Shown here: positions 24,301 to 36,190 of the stretch, one piece after another
How the letters are laid out: every line of letters begins with the position of its first letter
Numbering within the stretch: position 1 is the stretch's first letter
NCBI GenBank assembly: GCA_965153455.1
Contig: OZ234494.1
Coordinates: 2,046,001-2,110,000, forward strand
Direction: 5' to 3'
Origin: Sphagnum compactum
Lineage: Eukaryota
DNA: 64,000 bases
The notes under the pieces: model-generated
What the model was told of the DNA's origin: nothing
The model's input: the letters and a program-made list of their open reading frames with translations, nothing else
Database searches by the model: none
Made by a program: the position numbers and the translations under genes

Positions 24301-27300
24301 TCATGGCATCATCTCAGATCTGTGCTTGAAATATAGACCTTTGAAATGACCCACAAGGACGGGAAGAAGAATGAGCCTTTCATAGAAGCGATCCATCTGC
24401 AAGGACTCGAGGAACAATGCATCTCTCAAAGAATGGATTGATCCACTGTGATGTGGTGCTGTGCAAACTTCCCCCCTCTTTCTCGATTTGACTACAATTA
24501 AAAGTCAGCATGTCAAGTCAAAAATGCTCCCCTTGTGGTCATCACACCGTCACTCCGTAACAAAGTTTTGAATCCCTTTGCCTCTCAAGGTCCAAAATAT
24601 TGCCCTAGGTTCAAAGACTGCATGAGGCACAAGCCTATTCCCAATGTCAATGTGGTGCCTTTTTCCCATGCAGTTACAAAATGTGGTGCAGAGACCAGAC
24701 AAGCAATTGAATATTGGTCGTTCATAGTTCATACCAGTATTGGTTTGGTATATCGGGTTTTGGCAGGTATGCACCAGTGTGGGGCGGGTATTTGATTCTT
24801 GTCTTGTAATACCCCCCCCCAATCTGTGGGTAGTTTGAACAAATTCAGAATTGAAGAACCATCAGGTCTGGGTATTTTAAAAAAGTAGATTCAAAGAACC
24901 GTCGGGTTCTGGGTACTTCAAAAACTTTGAAGAACTGCCGGGTTCCATCAAAGAACTGGCAAAGTCTCAATGGGTTTGGGCAGATATTTGATTTTTTTTC
25001 AAAAACATTTTGAGATCCAGGGTTATATATAATAATCAGGTAATTGATTCTTCGATAACCATGATTATATATCAAAATATGGGGTATTTGATTTTTTGAC
25101 AAGCATGACTATCAAATTGATACCCTTATTATGCCCGGAGGTTTTATGCAAATTCTAATACCCGCCCCACTCTGATATGCCCCCCTGGTATGTAAAACCA
25201 AAGCCAGCTGACATCATTATGAAAACCCAGGACATACTCAAGTTGGCCATTTGCCTCAATTGACAAAACCATTGCACTTACACCAATATTCAAAGTTTTC
25301 TTTTGGAGATACACCTATGCATAACAGCCAGTATGAAAAGTTTTTATGCTTCTTGGGTACGTATATTTTAAGTTTAGTAAAGGTTTTCAAAATTAGGGTG
25401 TTGTGTGGATAAATTGGATGATTAGTCTTCCAATCTTTTCTCATCATACCTTGTGTTTTTTTATTAGATGGCTACTACTTTGATGATCTTTACAAGTATG
25501 TCACCGTTTAATGTGAAATCTGTTTTGGGATGCTGCTCATCATTTTGGCTCCCTCAGAAAATTTAAAACGAAGTGATTGCCTTGGATCCATGTTGTAACT
25601 GACCACCATTGTCTCAACATGAATATTCTCAACACCCAGATGCATGTCTCATACCGACTAGTATGAGATCATTGTTTATTCATGTTCATACTCAAGACCC
25701 ACCCACTCCACTTCCGCCCAAAACATGCAGGTTCTATACAAACTGACCTGACATGTGAATTTCAAGAGGATTTGAATACTCATGTTCATACATACCCACT
25801 GTCCAAATTGAAAACCTTTAACACCAGTACCCAGCTGGTATGTTCAAATGAACATACCACCCAACACTGGCTCATAGTTCATACCACCATTTTTATAATA
25901 TAGATGCCTACCCGAGTATCAATACTAGCATCCGAGTACCCTGGTATGACCTGAAGTAATACCAGCCTTTTTCCAGTACCAGCCTTGTAGGAAGTTGGGA
26001 CCTGAAGTAATACCAGATATATACTGCTTCATACCAGTTTCAATTTCAGGTGTATAGTGTATATATACATGCCTCATACCAGCCGGGGATATTGATAATT
26101 GGACCCAATTGGATCATCACAAAATTGAAAACAAATTAAAAACACCCATTGGCTCCTGTGATGCTCATCAAGCTAGTATTTTGCTTCCAGATTCTACATC
26201 CTCTGAACTCTGAACCTTCAACTTTCCCACTGGGTTTCTAAAAAGTTTGATTACAACGACCTTTACACTTGCTGGCACAAAAATATAACTCACCTTTGGT
26301 GACAAAACAATCTTCATCCCTATTCAGGAGGTACGAAGCTCAAATTTCCAGTCGCCTGCCCCACTAAAGAATACTTGAGTTTGTAGGACCTGTAAAGCAA
26401 CCCACCCAGATCAATAAATAGGTCAACTCACCACTTGCCACCATCCAAGGTCCCTCTTGGAATCAAGGCCCAGCTCCAAAATAAAGCAGGCATTCCAGCA
26501 ATGTCCCTTTGGACACCAAACAAACAGATATATATGCTTCGACAAGAAGGGCTTGAAGGAAAGATAACTCTGGAACAAAATCCAAGAATGTCCAATTTGA
26601 GCTCAGAGACCACATCAAATGATGCAGTACTATAGAAGAAGGGTATGAGGAAGAGAAGAAAGGAAGTTTCCCAAAGGGGCCTTGACACAGGAATTGTAAA
26701 ACTGGAGCATTGGGGAGCATTGGACCAAGCATCTCTTGTATCTCTTCTAGGTCTCCATCTCCGCCTTCATGAAATAATATGAAGTTCAGCAGCATCTTCA
26801 TTACCCTTTCCTGCAGATTTCCTCTCCTAGTGTGCACCATACATCTGGGTGCTCTAGAACTTGCAGTCACTGCTGCCTGATTGTTGAAATGGTCTCCATT
26901 CAGCTCTTTGCAATTGGCTTGATTCTGACCTCCATTTCTCACGCCCACCTTTGTTGAAAGGGTTCTTTTTGAATTCACAACTTTTGACTCCAATTGCATT
27001 GGCCCTACTGCAGATTTTGGATGGATTGCTATGCTCACTCACCCAATGATACAGTTTCTGGCAACTCTGTTGCTTCTTGTTGCCATTGATCTATCTTGAG
27101 AAAAGTAGATGAATCAGTGCTGCTGTGCTCAGCTCTTCTGGAAGCTTTGAGGCAGTATCTCACTCACACATTCAAGATTGTGAGGGTTTGCAAACAATGG
27201 GAACTGACTGGTTGTTTGGCAGATTCAGCCCCCTGGTCTGCAGTTTTCTTCTTACCAGGGTGCATGTGTGGTGCTTTGCAGCCATTTTGATGGGTGCTGG

Positions 27301-29037
27301 AGTCACAAGAAACTCCTCCCTTTCCTATTTACACTGGACCTTCAATGCACAAGACCCTGGTTAATTGATCTGGCATCTGTAAGGCTTCAGCAATCTCTAA
27401 ATCCCCCAGAGCTGAAGGAGAAGGTTGATTATAGTCTAGCCCTCCAGGCAGTTGATTCCCACTCTCATGCCTTTCACATGAACTAAGGAGTGCTGTCCAT
27501 TAGTAAACCCAAAGAAGCATGCCACTCTCTTACTTCAACAGCAGCATTCCCTCCCATTCACCATTCTCTACTTGATTGGTTTTGCTGTTGTTCATTTTGT
27601 CATGCCACCTTTCAAGGTAGGTAAACAGTCACAGATGCCCCCCCCCGGCCGTTGATGACCAGCAAAACACAGCATTCTGTAACCATCCAAGACTGATCTG
27701 ATCAAGTAGGTGCAACACTGCAATATTGGTAGCCCTAACAAAACATACACATGATATCATGAGCAGGCTGAAACCTATCTCATTCCACTCAGCAGATCTT
27801 CCACCTATAGAAGAGCTCAAATCCAACACATCATGTTTGAAATTATCCTTCAGCATAGAACAACCCATTCACTCAGAGATGCAAGTGACACAGTTTCAAT
27901 AGAACCAGTTGTGAACTTTAGTTTGAATACATAGTATTGTGTATGATTTCTTTCCAAATAGAGCCTCCAGGAACAAGTTCAGTTGCAGAGTGTGAGACAT
28001 AGATAAACTTCATAAAGTTGAAAAAGAAAGAGAAGCAACACACCATCATGGGATAACATTTGTTCTTCCATACAGTGTCTCTCCAATCTCCTGTTGTGAT
28101 GTTGTGATGGGCGATCCTTTCTTCTAAAGTCCAATTCACAGAAGCAAGATGAGTCTACCAGATGCCACGCACATGCACTATTCATGCTTGCAGTTGAACA
28201 TTTCAGTCCCTGCAATGGTACTAAGCAGGAGTTTCTCATGTGCACAAACAAAACAAATATACCTGTACACAGAAGGACAAAACACACTCTGGGCTCCTTG
28301 ATTTTGCCATGGCTTCTCCATGTGGAATTCCACGATCTCAAGGGATCTGCTGTGGCTGTAGTAAGAAGACGCAATTGCTTTCGTCAAAATCTGAGCCACT
28401 ATGGAAAGGCTTCCAGGAACTTCATCAGAAGGAGACGAATTCAACTATCAACAAGCCCTCAATTGTTGATGCTGAGATGCTTTCTGGCATGTATGTGCAA
28501 TGGATAAACTAACGTTTGATGCACACAATGGATCCGTGGATGTTTTGAAAGCTGTGTCGTCTGAGACTGGAGACATGATAAGACACAACACTTCAGCTAC
28601 TTCATCTTCACTCTGCAATCGCCTTTACGGAGAAGGCTCATGATCCTTGTCAACTTCTTCACAATTGACAAATCCATCGACGCTTTCGGAAGCTTCAATA
28701 CCGCATTTGCTTCTATCAAATCATTCGCCAGCACATCCTTGGCGCTACTTCCTTTCTCTTCACGCTTCTTGAATTCGGAGAGCACACAAGGGAAAAAAAA
28801 CGGACTTACCGGGATGTCGCACTGCACTTCTCCCTCGTCGTCAGCCGCATCGCAATACTTCAAGTCAGCTTCCGACTCCCGCACCGCACCTATCTTCCTC
28901 TGGTCTTTCCAGAATCCACAAACCTCAAACCACAGAACTCCCTGCGCAATTCTTCAGCTTGATTGAAGAATACTTGTTTCCTCCAGTTTTCGATCAATCG
29001 CGCGATATGCGGAATCCTGAGAACTGTCACAAACCAT
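24301..29037 (-). pseudogene. Multi-exon pseudogene of an uncharacterised plant protein
   Basis: ATG at 29037 (MVCDSSQDSAYRAIDRK) and recognisable GT-AG exons, e.g. about 29037-28263, 28154-28044, a long exon ending near 26432, about 26389-26294 and 24491-24301 (…LFLESLQMDRFYERLILLP…MMP*). It has many in-frame TGA/TAG codons and a frameshift near 28625. Confidence 0.75.
24775..25174. mobile_element. 400-bp hAT-like MITE in the last intron of the pseudogene
   Basis: TIRs CAGTGTGGGGCGGGTATT and AATACCCGCCCCACTCTG match at 17/18. Flanking 8-mers gtatgcac and atatgccc match at 6/8, consistent with an aged 8-bp TSD. Confidence 0.8.
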
Positions 29038-29318
29038 CGCAATTATTGAAATGATGTCCAGTGGAATGATAAAGAAGAAATTTCAGTAGAGGAAACAGAT
29101 GCATTGAGGGAAATTGGGAAGAAGAGGAAGAAGAAGGTCTCTGGCGCTCTGGCGATGGCGGACGGTCCCGATTGTGTTGCGCAAAAATCACGGACAGACA
29201 CGCGGTACACGCACAAGGGGCGCACACACAGAGTCTACCTATTAGAGCCACAAGCTTGTGGATAAACTTGAACTACGATGTTTGTTGCGAACTTCTCTTT
29301 TGGTAGCTGCGCGATCTG

Positions 29319-32300
29319 ATGATGGAGAGAGGCGAGGAGCAGCAGCAAGCCGTGTTTGGCACAGAATACAAGAGCTTTGTCCCTGCATCATCATCAACAG
29401 GAGGTACCTATCTATCTATCTATGCATGTAGAACTCTCAGTCGTCGTGTCCGATTTCCTCACCCTTGTCATGCTTCCTCAATGCACGAATGTGCAAAGGA
29501 TTGGGCTTTCACTCAGCTGCTGCTTCCAGCACAAGCAGCTTTCGATTATGTTCCTGGAAGTTCCTTTCTGAACAGTTGAACTTTTGAGACGTGGAGCAGA
29601 TTATGGCCCATTTTTGCAGCTTACTGACTCACTGATGTTGGAAAAATCCCTTTGTGGCGAATGTTTGGATACAGAAGCTAGTGTTGTGCCATCTTTAGAA
29701 ACTGCATCTGAAGCAGCAGCAGCAGCATCACAGGATCCATACCCTCAATGGATATATGGTGCACTTCTAACTCCAGAAGCTCCACCATCTCAAGGTTCGT
29801 ATCACAATAATTCTACACGTATAATTCTCATTGAACAAGCCTGCAAAGATGATTGTTAGCTCATACTCCAGTAACTTGCATCTATTGCAGTCATGAATAA
29901 ATTGCAAGGGCTCATGAATGCTTTGTCATTTCCATCAAGGGTTTTCTGGATTTGGAGGTTATAGATAGATGATTTAGATAGATGAATTCTTCTCTCCAAT
30001 AACCCCAGCTCCTCCCTGTTAAGGTGGGACTATTTGGTTTTAAATCCTCACCCTAAAACCCAACACTCTCAAATTTTGCAGAGCTCAGCACTGTTGGTAT
30101 TCTGCAAGAAGGGGAAAAGCAGCATGAGGCAGCAGCTCTACCCAGGTAACTTGCAGAGTGCTTCCTTTACTTGGATTGGAGTTGAAGAGCTTCTTTGTTG
30201 TTGGAAATGAACCCAGTCCTGTCCCAGCTTCTGCTGAGTGCTCTAATAATCTATTGCTTTTTCTTTTTTCTCAATGACAAGAACACACTATGATAATTGG
30301 CAGATTGTATGGTGTTGGGAATGAAGGCTTGAAGGTCCCAACAAGGATGAGATCCAGGAGCTATTCACTGATTACATTGACAAGCATGGAATGCCATGGA
30401 CCAGACTCTCAGCTCGCAAATGGGTGATTGGGGAAACAAAGGAGTGCAATGTTTGTATTGGTTCCCTTGAAACATTCATTGAGGAAAGAGAGCTGATGAA
30501 TGAGGTGAAACCATATGATCCAGCCTGGGGTCACATTGACAAAAACACACAAACCCGAAGTCTAGGTCCTTGGGAAGTGGATGTCAAGAATGAATTTCCA
30601 GCATTGTTCACTCCTCAAAAGGAGACAAAATTAAAACTCCCCAACTCAGACTCAATGGAGAAATGTCCAGGTATGTAAATGTTGCCACATTACTTGATGC
30701 ATGATTTGTTGTGCGCACCAATTGAGATTGGGGATCTATGATGGATTCCCCTCAGGTTGAAGCCAATCTCCCAGGATCAAGAGCTAAACATCAGAAATAT
30801 AATGGACCAGTTCCCTTCTGGAACCCGAGCTCCTCATCTCCTAGGAGTTGTAATACTTTGGAGCAAATAACATTCTTCTTCCCCATAGACAGTCATAATT
30901 TGACAAAGAACACTAAGGCATGGGGGACTTCAATTTTTCTCTCTTGGCACTTGAAGGATTCCAATTTCCTGGCAGCCATTTGGAGTGAAGGACGGGGAAT
31001 CATACTTGTGTGTCGAAAGAAATGTGAGTTTGACTTTGTTTAAATCCAACATAATGCCAGGAGCCAAAACTATGGGAACTAGCGCCCAAAGTAAATCATT
31101 TTGGTCTTTTGACATGGAGATTTTGAAGTGTGCAGATTGTTTGGGGCAGAAGGAGGTGCCATGCCCTATTTGTAGTAAGAGTTCAAAGGTGACTGCATAT
31201 AAATATAGAGGAACGATGGAGTGCAGCCGTTGTCAAGGCCGTGGCCTCCTTGCTCACCGAGATGGTTCAGACTCCAAGTAAGTTTTCTTCCTGTAGAATA
31301 CCCTTTATCTTACTCTTCTGGCCACCCTTAAGAGTAGGCCATTTGTTACATGCATTTTACACCATGCATTCATTGTGTTTGTAGCATTGGAGTATTCAGC
31401 CAACAAACACAACAGAATTTCACCTTGTTTTTCTGGCTACTTGGTGCCTATAGTGTTGAGTTACTGTAGCTTGGTTGCTGTGTGGGGGAGCCTGAGGACG
31501 TGAAGATGTTCTGTAAGATGAAATATAGATGAACATCTTCTTAGAAAGTGATCACTTTCTTTGTGTACATAGTCTGGAACACAAAGCCTTGTTGAAATTG
31601 TATGTTGAAAAGAGTGCCTGGAACCTCACCATGGTGTGCATTATGGATACAGATGTGAACAATGTGAAGGGAAAGGCAGGCTTCCATGTGAGGGTTGCAA
31701 ATCACGAGGGCTAATTAAGTGCAGTAAATGTCAAGGGCTTGGTGCCCTCCTCCACAGCAAGCTCCTCATTGTGAGATGGTAGATTGACCATTTTCCCATA
31801 TTTTATTCTTTGTCATGTTCTTGTGAGTCGTTCAAATAAAATTGGTCTCACCATAAAACAAGCTAACTGGGTGTTACAGGTATGAACCTCAGAAAACCAT
31901 CATGGCCTTCTTGTTTGGGTCCAGATGAGTTTCTATCAGGGGGAAGTTTAATTCTCTCAGCTGTCAAAGATCACACTGAGTAATATTGTTAACATCATGA
32001 TAGAGATTGAGAGCAATTACTTAACACATTTATATTTCCCTTTAGGAATGTCATGGTCCTCCCTTTAGGTCAATGTTGCAATTATTTGTTGTTGACATCA
32101 GAGCTATGATATTTGCATCAAAACTTTCATGTCAGCAAACTGACCAAATCAATGGAGTAAACTCAATGAAATTTGTCACTTTCATGCTTGAATCTCAAAT
32201 TGATGATGGACTAGGTAGTGTAACAAAACTCACACATGTTTTGGATGCAGGAGCACACTGGTGAAAAGAAAAATTAGGGCATCAAGTGATGTGGCCTTGG

Positions 32301-32599
32301 TGGTCCCAGAGAGCATATTTCATGAAGCGAAAGGCATTCCACTATTCAGCAGTGAAGCATATCGGTGCCAACCCATGAGCTTCCTGAATGCTCCTGAGCT
32401 CACCCAGCTCTCCTCAGATGTAATATCAGAACGTGAACAAGTTCCTGTTGCTGCACGTTTGATTTGTGAGCGGCATCAAATTCATTCCATGCCTGTTACT
32501 CATGTGACCACTAGACAAGGCAAAGTCTGTTGCAAGTTCCTTATTGTCGGGTTAGACAAGCAAGTCTACCTGACAGATGTCCCATCCAGGTATTGCTAA
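29319..32599 (+). CDS. SSUH2-like protein with DnaJ-type CxxCxGxG zinc-finger repeats, about 409 aa
   Basis: Seven exons: 29319-29403, 29675-29794, 30082-30145, 30327-30670, 31136-31277, 31653-31778, 32251-32599. Phases agree (1230 nt). Motifs: ECNVCIGSLETFIEERE, LGPWEVD, CPDCLGQ, CSRCQGRGLLAHRDGSD, CEQCEGKG, CEGCKSRG, CSKCQGLG, ARLICERHQI. The N-terminal exon boundaries are less certain. Confidence 0.85.
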
Positions 32600-35289
32600 G
32601 CCAATAATGGTCTCCATCTAATCCTGATTTTTCCAATGCTTCATTTCTCACATAACACCTGATCTGAAAATCATTAATAACAAACCAGGTTGCATTATCT
32701 CTAGCTTCAACACAAGACTTTCTGTCCTTCATTGAATTGCAGAAATGTCAGTATTTAACGTTCAATGCTCTATTCTCTGTCTGACTGAATTAGTTATGTT
32801 TGATCTGGAAGTCACCACTTCAGTTTGTCAGGCAGTCCTCACTTCACAAGATTGGTTTGTTTTGATTCCAATGGATGTTGAAGCTGCTTGTGATTTAGAA
32901 CTACTCACATTGCATTTTTAGTGACCTCAACCTGGACCTTGTTACTGCATGGCCTTCACATTCTCAAAGTGTGCATCTTCTGCCATCTTTTGGGCAAACA
33001 TAAACTTGCTAACCTTGGAAACAAATGGTTCAAATTGAGTCATATGCAAATGGCACCCTCGAAACCCACTTGCACGTGAGTTTGGTGAACTAACCACTTA
33101 CTCGATTTTACTGGTGGGTTTGCTCAGGTGGGACAAGATGGGAGTGACAGTAGGCATCCTCTCATTGATGACTGCATTGGTGCTCCTGTGGAAGCTCACT
33201 CGCTCACCTAAGCATTCGAGACAGTTCATTGTCGGCCGCTAATTTTTAATCCACCTTTCAGGTTCCTGACCATTGGTGAAAAACAATATTGTGTTTTTAG
33301 TTCTGCTTGTTCTATTGTTTTGTCATTTTAGTTCTTCCCTTCTATGTTGTTCTGTCTTCCAGGTTCTGAAAGTCCTTATCTGGAAGTCTTTCTTTCACTT
33401 CAAAGAAAACTTTTAACCTTGTTCTGACTTTCTTAATCATGAGTATGGAGATTTCTTGATTCTCATGAGAGTTATTTAGTATATTGCAATGGCAAGTTGG
33501 TCCTTGGAACAAGTGGAGATGAGATATGGGCAGGATTTGATTTTATGGGTTTCCCAAGTTATTTTCAAGTATTGTGCATTTGGAGTGAACAAGGCCTTAA
33601 CATAGGTACAATACAACCTAGCCAAAAACTTTGCAAAGCATAGTGAGTGTCCCTATCACTCCTAAGAAGTAGGTGTAAGAACCCTCCCTCTATCCTCATG
33701 ATCTACCTCACCTTGTGCTTTATGATGGGTAATGCCCAAGGGTGGGAAACATTTTTACCCCACACAAAAAGATGTACACGAGTTTTTTTAGTGTATTTCA
33801 AGGTACTATTGTAGAATACAATTTTTATGTCCACAAAAGGGGAGCGTTTCAAAAAATGAAACACTAGCTCTTCCAAGCATTTTTCGTTTTGAAACACTTG
33901 CCCTCTTATTTTCATTTTCCCCCCCCCCATTCCTAGTGTAAGATGTTGGTGATTTGGAATAATTTGGCCCACAAGAATGAGATGTATTGAGATGTTCACA
34001 ATGAAAACTCTCCCCTTTCTACATGTAAGGTGGTTGTCAATTCCCTATGCTACACCACAAAACTCACCAATTGATAGTTGCCCAATATAATTTGGAGAAG
34101 AACAAGAGTCAAAGGCATAATCCTTAATTCCTCACAATTAGGCTCAAATGATGAAAGCTTAAGGCACATCCATTGGCATATTGCTTTGTTAACAAGACAC
34201 TTTCAACCTTTCAACCACTCATAACAAATATGAACATGAATTTGATGTCAGTTGGCCAAACATCTACATAATAAAAAATAACAATGTATGTGTGTGTCTA
34301 TGTTGTTCATACCTACCTACAAACCTTCACAATGCCCTTTCAAACCTACCTTCGTAACCTACCCTTCCCTCTACAAACACAATCAAGTCAATGCTTTTGA
34401 CATTAGGGAACCTAATGAAAATCCAATTGAAGAGGTTTGAGTCGCTTCAAATTTGAGAATCACAATCCTTCAATAGTGAACAAGCACAAAGGAAAAAGAA
34501 CTCAATGATGTTGTTTTAGGACAAAGGAGTATCAATCTTTGTGAAATGTGTATTTTTTCTCACAATGTAGTTTTAGAAGAATCCATTAAGCTATGATTTA
34601 TTCAATCATGAAGGGCCACAAGGGAGAGAAAACTTTATGATGTCTAACTTATGGGACTTCTAGAATTGTGTGTTTTCTTTCACAATTGGAGTTACAAAAT
34701 AGTTTATCAAGTTACAATTTATTCAATTGTGAACGAGCACAAGAGAAAAAAAATTGGTGTTGCTACTTTGGGGACAAATTAACATAATCTTTGAAAATTG
34801 TATGTTATTTTCACATTTCTAATTTCATAATAGTCTATTAGGCTATGATAATTTATTGCAAATATTGACATCACATTTTGCACTCCACAAATATATCAAA
34901 ATTTATTTCTAATTAAATTATATATATATATACATATAAACATCTAGTTTGGTAGGTATGTAGGTAGGTGTTTAAGTTAAGTAAATAAGTAGGTAGGCTA
35001 AATAGGTAATTGGTTTTGCCACTTTGTTTTTGGTTTAACCTTTATGGTTAATCCACTTTAATTGGTTCATCCCAAAATGCACTTATGTTATTCTAGTTAT
35101 TTAAGTGCACTTTTTTATATATTTTACAAAATTAAAGGGGAGGATAAAAGATATGGGATGTATTTTATAGTCATAAATGAATTGTAGATTAGTTTGCAAC
35201 TAGATTGTTATAAAATATTTAGCCCATAGTTTTGGAACTCCCTTTCAAGTTTATAGATTATATAAATATGTGTGCACTAAAACATTTTA

Positions 35290-36190
35290 ATTTGCCTAAA
35301 CTTCGACAAAACCTTGTTTGTTCACTAAATTTTGGCTAAACAAAGCTTAAACCTTAGCTAAACATTGACTAAATTATTTGGCTCAACCTTGATTAAACTA
35401 AAAGTTCATTCAACATTTTTAAAAACTAAAATTTGGCTCAACCTTGGCTAAATTTTCATTAAACGAAAAAATGGTTAAACTAAAAAATGAGTACATTTTG
35501 ACTTTAAATAATAAAAATTGGCAAACCTTGGCTAAATTAAAAGTGATTCAAATTTGACTAAATTAAAAAATTGAAAACAATTGGCTAAATTAAAAAGTGG
35601 CCAAAATTTGGTTAAATTGAAAAAATTGTCAACCCCTGTTTAAACAAAAAAAATGGTTAAACTTTCGTTAAATTTTCAAAAAATTGGCAAACCTTGGTTA
35701 AACAAAAAATTAGTTAAACTTTGACTAAACTAAAAAAAATGGTTAAATCTGGGCTAAATTTGTTTCTGGATTAACCTTGGCTAAACCAAAAAGTGGCTAC
35801 ACTGGTTGAGTTTTAAAAATGGCTAAACATTAATTAAACAAAAACTTGGCTAAATTTTGATGAAATTAAAACTTGGTTCAACTAAACTTTGATTAAACAT
35901 TGGTTAAACAAAAAAATGATTCAACTTTGGTTAAATTTTTTAAAATCGCAAACCTTGGCCAAACAAAAAAATGATTACACTTTGGCGAAATTTTGAAAAT
36001 TAGTTAAACCAAGTGACTAAACTAAAATATGATTAAATATTGATTCAACAAAAAACAAATTGTTAAATTTTGGCTTTAAAAAATGGCTAAATTTTGGCTA
36101 AACCTTAGCTAAATTAAAATGGGTAAACCTTAGTTAAAAGTAAAACTTGGGGAAACCAATTTAAAATTAATTCTACTAAAACTTGGTTAA
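35290..36190. repeat. Degenerate AT-rich minisatellite (core aaccttggctaaa / ttggttaaa)
   Basis: Dozens of variants of (a)accttggctaaa…aaaaatggttaaa in tandem over about 900 bp. Confidence 0.85.

Noticed and set aside
24301..29037. Idea that the in-frame stops reflect recoding, readthrough or RNA editing
   Set aside because: There is also a frameshift near 28625, neighbouring genes use the standard code, and ordinary C-to-T decay explains the stops.
35290..36190. Possible CRISPR-like array
   Set aside because: The context is eukaryotic, the repeats are degenerate with no unique constant-length spacers, and there are no cas genes.
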